From positions 1-56,809 of the forward strand of contig JBEKGO010000010.1 in assembly GCA_050012755.1 (NCBI GenBank): a stretch of 56,809 nucleotides of DNA. The letters are read 5' to 3'. The notes under the pieces were generated by a model. It saw only the letters and a list, made by a program, of their open reading frames with translations, ran no database searches and had not been told where the DNA came from. The stretch is from Candidatus Bathyarchaeia archaeon. Lineage in GTDB: Archaea; Thermoproteota; Bathyarchaeia; Bathyarchaeales; Bathycorpusculaceae. Both the position numbers and the translations under genes were made by a program. This document shows, piece after piece, positions 27,899-37,337 of the stretch. Positions within the stretch are counted from its first letter, which is position 1. The number at the start of each line of letters is the position of its first letter.

Positions 27899-30217
27899 TT
27901 AGGTTAATGTTTGGTTAAAGTTATTCAGTACTTTGAAGATGTCATAACGGTCGTTTGAATAGATTAATTGCAGAAACTTGCAGCGGATCAAGTTAGGGTC
28001 AAGTTGATTTTTGTCATAAACTATGAATTCAATGTTATTTTCTGCAATGTAATTTTTGTAGTCTCTTGAAGATATGGTAAATTGGTCAGGTTTGTAGCTA
28101 AAGAGGTTCTCTAAATCATTTTGCTGCAGTGTTGGGAAACTGTTTTTGGTTAAAGTGAGAACTTGGTATTGTCGCGTAACCGTCTGGTTGGCGTTGATTT
28201 CGTTGAACTGATATTCGAATCTAACAGCATCTATCTGCCTGTTTGCTAAGGCACCTATGTTTCCCCAGTCCGGTAAATCGGTGAAGTTAAGGGCGTATGC
28301 AAGCTGATTCTTGTCGTCGTAGAGTCCTATGTAATTATCTGTTGAGTTAGAGTTCGTAAATGTAGCAACCGCCCATTCTTCTCCAGCAGGACCACCAATA
28401 ATTTTTGAAGGCACATCCCATGGATTAACCCAATTCATGAGTTGAGGTACCTGAGCCTTCTCAAAGTCAAACTGAAGATTAAAAGAAGTTGTCAAATATA
28501 GAATGACATTGGATATGTCGCTTTGCAGGGGTGTTACTGTCCAGGATACACCTATTGCATAACTGTCATTTTGAACAAGCATTGTCTGCGTTAAGTCTAC
28601 ATAGTCATTCGAGTATGTTAATGTTAAATTTTTAGGGTAACTTTGTTCATTAAAAGAAATTTCTTTAGTGAAATCAGATAGAGGAAACGTATAGTTCTTT
28701 CCGTTCTGGACAAATGAAAGAAAATCTCCGTCACTTTTGGAAACTGATATCTGATACCAAACTTGATCTATCGAGACATAATTTTCGTCGGTGACTAAAC
28801 CTTTAGCTTCATAAGCTCTTAACAAGTTTTGCGGATCTTGGATTTCGTAAGATAAACTCAAGACTGACTCTGCAATTTCTGTTCTTTGAACGGTAGGGTC
28901 AGTTTGCGCAATTATGTTTTTTCCCGAAAAAGTGGAAAACCAAAAGCCAGGGATTTCCGTGACAACAGCTGTGGCATTACCTGGATAGTTTTGGCCTAAC
29001 CAGACTCCTGCATCGAGCGCCTTTATGTCGGTTGTCGAGTAGTAAACGCTGGCTTCTATGATTTTTCCGTACACTGTGTCTGAACGGAAAACAAGCGCTA
29101 ACGAAAACAAAATAATTATGGAAATAGTTAGTATCTTCACCCAGTTTTTTCTAAAGATTTGTCTATTTTTGGCATAGGATGATGCAAGTTTATCCATAAT
29201 GAAGACTAGAGGAACAGCCGCCAGAATTGCCATGGGAGGCGTCACGTAATAAATGAACCATTGAAATGGCATATAGAAGCCAAACAGGTAGGATTCAGCA
29301 AAAAAGAGAGGAACAAAGAAACTTAACAGTATTACAAAATAGAAAACTAGTTTCTTCTTCTGTTTAAGAATACGGTAAGATATTACTAATCCTGCTAACG
29401 CTAAGAAGAGAATAAAACCGAAATTGACCATGAAAGAATTAAAATTTACTGATGGAATCTGATACGCGTAAGTTTTTATCGCAAAGAATACGTATTCAAT
29501 GACCAGCCCAAGATAACCAATCATTGCTTGAAAGTAATATAGAAAGAAAGCTATCCCCCCACCTAAAATTATAGCTATTATCACTTTGAGGTAAGAGCCT
29601 CTAGATTTTATGAGCATAAAAAGCAAAAGCGGGGGCAATATAAAAACGGCGAGGAAGGCAGCAAGCTGATGAGACAAAACAAGGGCAAATGCAGCAAAAA
29701 AAGTCACTACAAGGTACCCAAAATGCTCTGCCGCTAATGTCAAGTAAAGTAACACTAAGAGCATAAACGCCAAAGCAAGAACAGTGGTGTAGCCGCCAAA
29801 TGCGTTAACCTCGTACATAGGAAAACACATTAACAACAAAACGGCCGCGACAGCGCCGACTTTTTTACTGAAAAATTTGCTTGCAATCAGGTAAACTGAG
29901 AGAAATAGAAGCCAATCAATTATCACTGCTAAAGTTTTTACCAAAAAAATTTGTTGCCCAATGTTGGTTGCGCCGCTTAGAGAAATGAACATTGCAAGGA
30001 CAATTTCGTAAAGTGGAGGAGTCCAACTTAGGTTAACTAAAGGTATTTTTCCTGTTTGGAGGAAGATTTGGGCTTTTTTCAAGTGAACAGAAGAGTCATT
30101 TCCTAAGACCACACCGTTCATCGAAATAAGGGTAAAGAAAATGGCGAAAATTAGCACTGAGAAGACAACGATGAATATGATTTCGATTTGTCGTTCTTTG
30201 GACAATTTACCCATCAA
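27899..30217 (-). CDS. Multipass membrane protein, GT-C (PMT/STT3-like) glycosyltransferase candidate
   Basis: About 12-13 TM helices, acidic GNDSSVH motif in the first external loop, large extracellular C-terminal domain; paralog of the next gene. Confidence 0.65.
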   Translation of the reverse strand: MMGKLSKERQIEIIFIVVFSVLIFAIFFTLISMNGVVLGNDSSVHLKKAQIFLQTGKIPLVNLSWTPPLYEIVLAMFISLSGATNIGQQIFLVKTLAVIIDWLLFLSVYLIASKFFSKKVGAVAAVLLLMCFPMYEVNAFGGYTTVLALAFMLLVLLYLTLAAEHFGYLVVTFFAAFALVLSHQLAAFLAVFILPPLLLFMLIKSRGSYLKVIIAIILGGGIAFFLYYFQAMIGYLGLVIEYVFFAIKTYAYQIPSVNFNSFMVNFGFILFLALAGLVISYRILKQKKKLVFYFVILLSFFVPLFFAESYLFGFYMPFQWFIYYVTPPMAILAAVPLVFIMDKLASSYAKNRQIFRKNWVKILTISIIILFSLALVFRSDTVYGKIIEASVYYSTTDIKALDAGVWLGQNYPGNATAVVTEIPGFWFSTFSGKNIIAQTDPTVQRTEIAESVLSLSYEIQDPQNLLRAYEAKGLVTDENYVSIDQVWYQISVSKSDGDFLSFVQNGKNYTFPLSDFTKEISFNEQSYPKNLTLTYSNDYVDLTQTMLVQNDSYAIGVSWTVTPLQSDISNVILYLTTSFNLQFDFEKAQVPQLMNWVNPWDVPSKIIGGPAGEEWAVATFTNSNSTDNYIGLYDDKNQLAYALNFTDLPDWGNIGALANRQIDAVRFEYQFNEINANQTVTRQYQVLTLTKNSFPTLQQNDLENLFSYKPDQFTISSRDYKNYIAENNIEFIVYDKNQLDPNLIRCKFLQLIYSNDRYDIFKVLNNFNQTLT

Positions 30218-30225
30218 GACTACTG

Positions 30226-32538
30226 CTAGCTCCCAGCTAAATTGACGTTCCCTTTAACCTTAAAGATTGCAACTTCATTGTTAATAAATACCAGATTAAA
30301 ATTGGGATCATTAGCAAATTTTGGGTTTACCTCAAAATCGCGGTTAGCAATGTAGGATACAGCGTATTGCTGAATTGCTGCTTGGTAATCGAAGGTTGTT
30401 AGTTGTGGCGGATTTTTTTGTTGTTCTTGTGGATTTGCCTGATGGGTCATTAATGTTTGGTTGAGCACTGCTGGGTCGCCTATGTCTCTATCAGACACTG
30501 GGTAGAGTCCAACAAGGATTTGGATTTCTGCTTTGGATTGTCCCTGCAAGTTATACGACAATTCTGTAATACAAGGATATTGTTTGCTGTAATTGTGAAC
30601 TTGCGGCTGGTTTTCCACAAAAATCAGTTGACCGACCTCTTTCGTGCCAACGTCTAACAATGCAACGGTACTTGCATTTGGCTCTAAAAAGCTACCTTCA
30701 GAGTTTAGCACGAAGTTAACCCAGTCTAACGAAACATGTTCTGAGGCACTTTGAAGCACGACAGTCATATTTGCGAATTGAACTCCTTTTGAGATAGTCA
30801 ATATTTCTGAATAACTGAAGTCACTGTTTGCTTTGTTAACAACAATCGATGGGCTATCAGTTTGGGCGCCAACAAGCTGCATGCTGGTAACTGGAATTTG
30901 AGTTATGTTGCTAGACTGCAGAGACCCAGCATTTTCAGAAAGAACTGTAATTTCGCTGTTGTTAAATTGGAAGAACGAATAGGGGAAATATGTCCAGTTA
31001 AGGTCAGCTAAAAACATCGGGTTATGCCGCCCAATGTACCCGCCATCTTCTCTGACCTGAATGTACCCGTTATCAATCATATAGTCGGTATCCAAGACAT
31101 TTTTGGCAAAAGTAGCTGGATCAAACTCGCGGGCAAGGGTTAAATATTGAGGATCAACAGCACTTAAAGTTGGTCTCTGAGCAAAACCGCCAAACCACCA
31201 CCCGTAAAGCGCATCAGAAACAAATATTGAACTAGGCGGTGTGTTTTCCTTAGCCCACTGAATAGCTTGGTAGCCTGGATTATCCATGACTTGATAGAAA
31301 TTCTGGTCTGTGGTGCCTTGCCATGGAGTAATAAAAATTGGAAAAGCAAACAGGCATATGAGCACTATCACTACTATGAAGGAAGTGTAAAGTGTCTTGA
31401 AGGTCATGTGGCTTGAAACCTTTTCAAGAGTTTTGTGAAAGCTCTTTGCTGTTTTCTGTACTTGGCTCGTCAAAACACGGTAATTATCTATTATGTGCGC
31501 AAAGAAAAAGGAGCCGCGTTCAATGAACATGCCGATGAGGATTAGTACGGGTAAAACAAGGAAGTAAAGGAACCTATTGTAATCCACAATGAGCCCAAAA
31601 AGGTAACCCTGGGTAAGCACAGTGGGAACAAGTAGCCACATGAAAAGCAGAAGTGCTGGAAGCGAGAGAAATCGTCCCTTATACTCTTTTGACAGGAAAA
31701 AGAATAGGAACGTACAGACGAAAAGCGGCAATATTAGGGTTAGGGGAAGCATTCTTGTTGACAGGATGGCTGAGTTAATTGCAGAGATATCGATGAATGA
31801 AGAGTTAGAATACAAATAGGCGGGGACAGCGCTTACAAGGAAAGGTGCCACGAGAACAGCACCAAGAACAAGCGGAAGTAGCCAATAGAAGACATGTTTT
31901 CTTGAAGTGTCAAATGTTTTCGGAGAAATCATAACGAGCAATACTGTTGCAATTGTTATTGCTATGAATATGGCTGCACTCAACGAGTGTGTTAGGTATA
32001 TTGATCCTACTAAAATAGAGGTTGAAACAAGAAATGGTGTCAGCGTAAACCTGTCTTTCTGCAGATACAAATAGAAAGCTACAGGAATCAAAAGCAGGGT
32101 TATTACGTTAGGGTAACCCCCCCAAAGAAGTATTTCCATGTCGGGTCGCGAGATTGCGACTATAAAGGCTACAATTAGGGCACCTGACTCCGTCCATGCG
32201 CTTTTAGTTATTAAGAAGGCAGCAAGAACAAGAAGCGAGGAAAACAAAGCTACAATAACAGTTTGCGCAATGTAATCAGGCATTCCAGTCATCATTATGA
32301 TTCCTGCAGCAAAAATATGATATCCTGGAAAAGTCAATGATAAGCCACCGCCCATCTGGTAATTATTCCACAGGAAATTGGTGTTACCTGATTGAGTGAT
32401 TGAGTTAATGACGCTGTTATGTAAACCGATGTCTGCGCCTGGCGGATAAGGGGTCCACAGCATTAGAATCATGCGGTAGGCGAATGCAAAAACAAAAATC
32501 AGAAGTAGTAAGATATGTTTTCCAGTTGCTTTGAACAT
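30226..32538 (-). CDS. Multipass membrane protein, GT-C (PMT/STT3-like) glycosyltransferase candidate
   Basis: GADIGLH loop motif, YQAIQWAKENTP...VSDALYGWWF segment, C-terminal LVFINNEVAIFKV; 8 bp from the paralog, so likely an operon. Confidence 0.65.
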   Translation of the reverse strand: MFKATGKHILLLLIFVFAFAYRMILMLWTPYPPGADIGLHNSVINSITQSGNTNFLWNNYQMGGGLSLTFPGYHIFAAGIIMMTGMPDYIAQTVIVALFSSLLVLAAFLITKSAWTESGALIVAFIVAISRPDMEILLWGGYPNVITLLLIPVAFYLYLQKDRFTLTPFLVSTSILVGSIYLTHSLSAAIFIAITIATVLLVMISPKTFDTSRKHVFYWLLPLVLGAVLVAPFLVSAVPAYLYSNSSFIDISAINSAILSTRMLPLTLILPLFVCTFLFFFLSKEYKGRFLSLPALLLFMWLLVPTVLTQGYLFGLIVDYNRFLYFLVLPVLILIGMFIERGSFFFAHIIDNYRVLTSQVQKTAKSFHKTLEKVSSHMTFKTLYTSFIVVIVLICLFAFPIFITPWQGTTDQNFYQVMDNPGYQAIQWAKENTPPSSIFVSDALYGWWFGGFAQRPTLSAVDPQYLTLAREFDPATFAKNVLDTDYMIDNGYIQVREDGGYIGRHNPMFLADLNWTYFPYSFFQFNNSEITVLSENAGSLQSSNITQIPVTSMQLVGAQTDSPSIVVNKANSDFSYSEILTISKGVQFANMTVVLQSASEHVSLDWVNFVLNSEGSFLEPNASTVALLDVGTKEVGQLIFVENQPQVHNYSKQYPCITELSYNLQGQSKAEIQILVGLYPVSDRDIGDPAVLNQTLMTHQANPQEQQKNPPQLTTFDYQAAIQQYAVSYIANRDFEVNPKFANDPNFNLVFINNEVAIFKVKGNVNLAGS

Positions 32539-32592
32539 TCGCTCCCCCGCCTTTCTCTATTTTTTGTTTTTAGGATTGATGGAATATTGGTC

Positions 32593-32603
32593 AAACTTTA
32601 AAT
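32593..32603 (+). promoter_or_regulatory. Putative archaeal TATA box upstream of the corrinoid protein/MtrH-like operon
   Basis: aaacTTTAAATA about 60 bp before ATG 32660; could instead serve the divergent gene. Confidence 0.35.
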
Positions 32604-32659
32604 ATGAAATTCGAGTATAAAAAGCCCAGAGTAACTAAAAAGGAAAATAAGGTGTTTAA

Positions 32660-33088
32660 ATGTCATGGCTTAAATCTATGATGGAAAAAGAGCCCCCAGA
32701 ACCAGAAAATCCGCTCGGCATCGTCGTAATCGGAAACATTGAACCCGACATGCATGACACAGCAAAAGAAGCAGTCAGAAGGTCACTAAAACGCGCTGGA
32801 TTCAAAACAATTGATGTTGGAAAAAGCGTTGCACCACAAGTTTTTGTTGACAAAGCAAAAGAAAACAATGCAAACATTATTGCAATATCAGTTAACACAG
32901 TACCAGCAAAAAACAACCTTGCAAAACTCGACGAATTATTAAAAGCAGCCGGATTAAAAGGCAAAATTGGAATAATCATGGGTGGCGCAGCAGTCAAGAA
33001 AGAAGATGCTGACGCGATGGGCGCACTCTTTGGCAAAAACAAGGAAGAAGCTCCCGAGTTAGCAAAGAAAGCTCTTGGCAAGAAATAA
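32660..33088 (+). CDS. Corrinoid (cobalamin-binding) protein, B12-binding domain only
   Basis: DMHDTA variant of DxHxxG, IIAIS and IMGGA in a Rossmann B12 domain; no N-terminal four-helix cap. Confidence 0.85.
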   Translation: MSWLKSMMEKEPPEPENPLGIVVIGNIEPDMHDTAKEAVRRSLKRAGFKTIDVGKSVAPQVFVDKAKENNANIIAISVNTVPAKNNLAKLDELLKAAGLKGKIGIIMGGAAVKKEDADAMGALFGKNKEEAPELAKKALGKK

Positions 33089-33107
33089 ATCCATCAGATG
33101 AGGAAAA

Positions 33108-34019
33108 ATGTCCTTTAAATTCAATACGAAACAAAATATCTACACTATTGGAAGGGCGAAAGTCGGCGGTCAGCCAGGTGAATTACCAACTTTTTTGATT
33201 GGTTCTATCTTTTGGCTAGGCCAGAAAATGGTTACAGATGCAAACAAAGGTATTTTTGACGCAAATGCTGCAGAACAAATCATAAACACAATGCAAACCC
33301 AAAGTGATATTACTGGAGTACAATTCGCTTTTGACATCGTCGGCACAACCGAGATGGCATTCGAAAAATACATTGATTTCGTCTCAAAACACAGTGACGC
33401 GCCATTGATGCTTGACGCAATGAGCCCAAAGACACGAATGGCAGCGGCCGACATGGCAAAGAAGATGGGTCTAGCAGACAGATGCCTCTATAACTCTGTC
33501 TACAAAGGCGTTACAGACGTGGAACTGGCAAAGCTCAAAGAAAGCGGAATTAAAATGTCAATAGTTCTTGCTGACGATCCAAAAGATACAACTCTCGAAG
33601 GCAAAATGAAAGTTATCCAAGAAGCATTAGCATTAGCTGATAAAGCAGGAATCACAAAACCGTTGATTGACACAGCTATTCCCGCGTTTGCTCCAGACAT
33701 GGGCACTGCAGTAAGAACCATACCAATCATGAAAGAAAAGTATGGTCATCCAGTAGGTTTAGGCAGCGGAAACGTTGTCACAACCATGGGTTGGGTCAAA
33801 GCAAACTTCGCCAAAGAATTCCGACCAGGATGCAGAACCGCAACCAACGCAATTATGCAAACAGTAGGCGCAAACTGGCTAATGATTGGACCAGCAGAAC
33901 AAGCAGAATGGGTATTCCCAGCCGTTGCAGTAGTCGACACATACATTGCTTCAGCCGCAGGCGACCTAGGCACAAGACCACTCGAAGAGACTCATCCAAT
34001 ATACAAGGCCTTCATGTAA
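33108..34019 (+). CDS. mtrH: Tetrahydromethanopterin S-methyltransferase subunit H family (MtrH/MtxH/MtgA-like)
   Basis: FKFNTKQ...VGGQPGELPTFLIGSIF N-terminus, LYNSV, PLIDTA, YGHPVGLG.GN and GANWLMIGP motifs. Confidence 0.85.
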   Translation: MSFKFNTKQNIYTIGRAKVGGQPGELPTFLIGSIFWLGQKMVTDANKGIFDANAAEQIINTMQTQSDITGVQFAFDIVGTTEMAFEKYIDFVSKHSDAPLMLDAMSPKTRMAAADMAKKMGLADRCLYNSVYKGVTDVELAKLKESGIKMSIVLADDPKDTTLEGKMKVIQEALALADKAGITKPLIDTAIPAFAPDMGTAVRTIPIMKEKYGHPVGLGSGNVVTTMGWVKANFAKEFRPGCRTATNAIMQTVGANWLMIGPAEQAEWVFPAVAVVDTYIASAAGDLGTRPLEETHPIYKAFM

Positions 34020-34054
34020 ACTTCCTTCCTTTATTTTTTATTATTTAATTTTTT
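34020..34054 (+). terminator. Oligo-T archaeal terminator after mtrH-like gene
   Basis: cttccttcctttattttttattatttaattttt directly after the stop codon. Confidence 0.45.
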
Positions 34055-34120
34055 GAAGGCTAAAAACTGAAACCTCTGCGATGGCTTGAAATAATCGTTA
34101 CTTTCACCGTTCTTTCATTA

Positions 34121-34447
34121 TTGGCTGCTATTTTCATACCAAGTGAATCATTTTTTGTTGTTTTCCGTTACTTTTTTGCTTTTGTTTTTATTGCTTTTTT
34201 GCCTGGTTACTGCCTAGTGAACGTGCTTTTTCTGGGTAAGAACAGGCTTGATTTTGTAGAAGAAATAGTTTTGTCAGTTGCCTTAAGCTTTGGTTTAGCT
34301 GGATTAGACGGTTTATTTCTGGGATTATCGCCCATCGGCATCGGTTTCACTTCAATAGCAATTTCTCTTAGCGCCATTGTGTTGGTTCTTGCGGTAATTG
34401 CTTTAATTAGAAAGAACCAAGCAGCGAATATTAAGGAAGAGGATTAA
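34121..34447 (+). CDS. DUF1616-like small membrane protein
   Basis: FLPGY...LF...LDFVEEIVLSVALS motif with about 3 TM helices; start uncertain. Confidence 0.7.
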   Translation: MAAIFIPSESFFVVFRYFFAFVFIAFLPGYCLVNVLFLGKNRLDFVEEIVLSVALSFGLAGLDGLFLGLSPIGIGFTSIAISLSAIVLVLAVIALIRKNQAANIKEED

Positions 34448-34597
34448 AGCTTCGTAAAATAATTGTTTCCTATTTAATTGTTCTTCAACTTTTTTCACTA
34501 ACAAAGCTTCGTTTTCAGGATGAAAAGCCAACTATAATAACGCTGACTAAAAAAAAATTTCGTAAAACAAAAACTTAAGATTTAGGGTAAAAAAAAG

Positions 34598-35503
34598 CTA
34601 AGCTTTTAGCATCTTTTCCCATCTATTGAAAAGTTCCAGTACTTCGTCACCGTTGTGACCTTTCAAGAACTCTCGTGTTTCTTTGTCTGCAACTGCATTC
34701 TTTTGGAACTCCTCTATCCATTGGGCTTTTTCCGCTAGGAAGATTATGCCGTCAACTCCTTGTCTTGCAACACGAGTGGCCACGGTCATGATTTGTTTTG
34801 TCGGTGCAACAGTATCCCATGTTTCGTTTGGTCCACGAACATAGAAGTTTACAAACACTGGTTTTTTGAGGAAGCTTTTGTAGCCTTTTGCAATGGTTTC
34901 CCAATACCACGGGGTCGGGTAAGCCTTGCTGAACATTGGGATAACAAAGTAGTCAGCGTATTGTGCCATGGCTTCAAAGTCGTAGCCGAAGCGTTCCTTG
35001 CCCAGTAAGGGGTCAGGAAGGCAGTTGACGAAGAGTGGTTTGCCTGAGACTACTTCTTTAACTTCAGCAAGAAAATCAGTTACAGTTTTCGCTCGCCACG
35101 CAACCCAGCTTAAGCCGCTTTTGCTTTGCTGCTCTATGCATCGGGGGCAAGTACAGAAACCTTGGTCTGCAAAGTGTTGACTGCTGATGCTGATGCCCGG
35201 AGTGAGTTTGGCAGATTCAGCGATGATTTTCAGGTTGTATTCTCTGGCCTCTGGGTTAGTCATGCAGACAACGTCCCAGCGAAGATTGTAGCGTTTGTTA
35301 GTGCGGAGTGCTGGGCCGAAAGAGCTTACGGAGACCCAATCAGGGCGTTTTGCCGCCATGAAATTGTCGCCGAAGCATGCGATGTTAGTGTACATTTTTG
35401 GGTTGGCCTTTCCAACGATTCCTGATTCTGATTTTAAACGATAGAAATTGTAATCAACACCTTCAACAGGCTCTGGTTGATAGAGAAATACGCCGAATTT
35501 CAA
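34598..35503 (-). CDS. Uncharacterised Cys-rich TIM-barrel protein (glycoside-hydrolase-like fold)
   Basis: VCMTNP...HFADQGFCTCPRC...WR...PDPLLGKERFG; clear paralog of 37338..38222. Confidence 0.7.
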   Translation of the reverse strand: MKFGVFLYQPEPVEGVDYNFYRLKSESGIVGKANPKMYTNIACFGDNFMAAKRPDWVSVSSFGPALRTNKRYNLRWDVVCMTNPEAREYNLKIIAESAKLTPGISISSQHFADQGFCTCPRCIEQQSKSGLSWVAWRAKTVTDFLAEVKEVVSGKPLFVNCLPDPLLGKERFGYDFEAMAQYADYFVIPMFSKAYPTPWYWETIAKGYKSFLKKPVFVNFYVRGPNETWDTVAPTKQIMTVATRVARQGVDGIIFLAEKAQWIEEFQKNAVADKETREFLKGHNGDEVLELFNRWEKMLKA

Positions 35504-35753
35504 GTTAATTCACCATTATGATTTTTGTTTTACCTACCGAATAAAAGTGCAAGTTATTTAAGTCTTTTTGGTGAACCTCAAAACTCCAGAAAAAAGATAG
35601 AAAAGTTGAATATCAATTTTTAAGGACCCTGAACCGCTGGATTTAGGTGCAAGAAAACAACAGTTACCTTTCAAAAGTTCTTACATTACCGTTAACCTTG
35701 GAAGCTCATTACAAATTCAAGGCAAGTAGAAGTACCATTCTCATAAAAATAAG

Positions 35754-35920
35754 ACCCTGAGCAACAAAAATACTTTTTTATACTTTTTTGTACGTTCCTA
35801 ACCTTTTTGGTACGTTTCAAACCTTTTCTAGCCTTTTCCAACCTTTTCTGTACGTGACCTGCAAACGCTACAAACCCCAAATCAAAAAAGCAACCTAAAA
35901 CACAAAGAAAAAAATTGCGC
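35754..35920 (+). repeat. Dispersed intergenic element copy A: ACCCTGAGCA + 10-bp periodic array + CCTGC-N19-TCAAAAAAGCAACC-TAAAACACAAAGAA
   Basis: Array 35771-35857 (tactttttta, tacttttttg, tacgttccta, acctttttgg, tacgtttcaa, accttttcta, gccttttcca, accttttctg); CCTGC at 35858; 14-mer at 35882-35895. Confidence 0.75.
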
Positions 35921-35995
35921 CCACTACAGCACAAGCATCTAACTCAATGACACATTGCCAAAAGATCGAAAAAGAAAACAAACAATTCACTTATG

Positions 35996-37039
35996 TTAAC
36001 GCTTGGAAAGAGATTCACTTACAATTTTAACTAAAACATGTTTTAGCAGTGGAGGCAAATCAGCCAAATCATATCCGCGCAGCTTTGAGCAATCCGATTG
36101 ACCTGGAGAAAGACGACCAAAATATTTGCTTAAATCAGCTACATCGCCCAGCTCGGGAGGCAACAGGTTCTTTTTGACGTCGTCATCCAGTTTTGCTGCT
36201 GCCAGCAAATAAGTAAGGGTAACCGGGTTATTCTTCAAAATTTCCGCTAAACCACTTTCATCAAGAGCTAAACCTTCAACTTTCGATAATTCGGCTGCTA
36301 GTTTCTCAAGCGGCAGATGCCTCTCTTTTAGCCTATCGATTACGGTTCTACATGCCCAAAATGGCTCTTGCTTGATTAAGGCTTCAGTAACCGCTTTTCT
36401 TGTGCAGTTTCCAACTAGCTTTCCCAATTTTGATGCTGGCCCCCCGTAACTGATTGTTTTGCCGATATCTGTTGAGGCGATTGTTACGCTGTCGGTAATT
36501 GATCCTGTGGCTGAATCTCCTGTGTAGAGGCTTCTAACATCTAAATCACGCAGTGCCGCCGACTTTGCCTCAGTAGCGGTGATTAGAGAAGCTACCACGC
36601 AGCTTTCAGTGGGCTTACCATCGATTAAGACGATGATGTTTATGGTGCCATGGATTTCTTGAACATCCATCTCTTCACCTGAGGATTCGCCATGTTTGCA
36701 GCCTGCCGTTACGACAACGCTGACTGAAAAATCATCAGCCTTCTTGCTAACTAAGCTGTAATTATTAATTTTTGCAGCTGTAACCATGGCAAGGTAATCT
36801 TTCGTGATTCCCAGTTTTGCCGCCGATGAGTTGATTAGTTTCAGCGGGTCAAGGTGCAAGGAACGGTCATTATATCCTTCCGGCACGCCTACATTGAGGA
36901 CAGCTTTAATCTGTTTGTACCCGCCATTGTAAAACGCTGAACTTACAGTAATTAAAGCAGTATCACAAATTACGGCTAGCACGTTTTCTTTTACGATAAG
37001 TTTGGTGCCGCCAGCAAGGTTAAACTCTTCCACAGGCAA
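35996..37039 (-). CDS. cbiZ: Adenosylcobinamide amidohydrolase CbiZ with C-terminal extension
   Basis: SSAFYNGG, AMVTAA, VVTAG, GTINIIV, ITATEAKSAAL, ATGSITDSV and YGGPASKLG motifs. Confidence 0.88.
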   Translation of the reverse strand: MPVEEFNLAGGTKLIVKENVLAVICDTALITVSSAFYNGGYKQIKAVLNVGVPEGYNDRSLHLDPLKLINSSAAKLGITKDYLAMVTAAKINNYSLVSKKADDFSVSVVVTAGCKHGESSGEEMDVQEIHGTINIIVLIDGKPTESCVVASLITATEAKSAALRDLDVRSLYTGDSATGSITDSVTIASTDIGKTISYGGPASKLGKLVGNCTRKAVTEALIKQEPFWACRTVIDRLKERHLPLEKLAAELSKVEGLALDESGLAEILKNNPVTLTYLLAAAKLDDDVKKNLLPPELGDVADLSKYFGRLSPGQSDCSKLRGYDLADLPPLLKHVLVKIVSESLSKR

Positions 37040-37056
37040 GTCACCTATACAACAAA

Positions 37057-37290
37057 CTATTTCTTTGATTTGTCTGAATTAATTGTTATCGCTTTGGTCG
37101 GGCATAAGTTTACGCATATGCCACACTTAGTGCACTGCACGACATCGACAACTTGAGGTTTCCTGTTCTTTCCCTCTTCTAGTGCGCCTTGTGGACAAAC
37201 ACCAATGCAAATCTGCCCAGTGCAGGGAGCGCATTTGGCGACGTCAATGAGAATGACGGATTTCTGCTGCTTGCCCATGGGAATCAACAA
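37057..37290 (-). CDS. 2[4Fe-4S] ferredoxin
   Basis: CAPCTGQICIGVCP and CTKCGICVNLCP; 17 bp upstream of cbiZ on the same strand. Confidence 0.85.
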   Translation of the reverse strand: MLIPMGKQQKSVILIDVAKCAPCTGQICIGVCPQGALEEGKNRKPQVVDVVQCTKCGICVNLCPTKAITINSDKSKK

Positions 37291-37337
37291 TTAAATAAGC
37301 GCCAAGAATATATTGTTTGCGAGATGCGTGTTAAACC

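Noticed and set aside
35626-35663. Possible fourth partial copy of the element (ACCCTGAACC...CAAGAAAACAAC)
   Set aside because: Spacing differs from the 19-nt rule and there is no array; too degenerate to call.
35692-35934. 80-aa ORF across repeat copy A, and similar peptides read from copies B and C (FFLCVLGCFFDLGFVAFAG, FVLCVLGCFLEINLVSFAG, FVVCFLGCFFESKLNFLAG)
   Set aside because: The similarity follows from the shared DNA motif. Copy B stops right after the motif, copy C has no upstream start, and a 10-bp period is not codon-compatible. Coding is not fully excluded.
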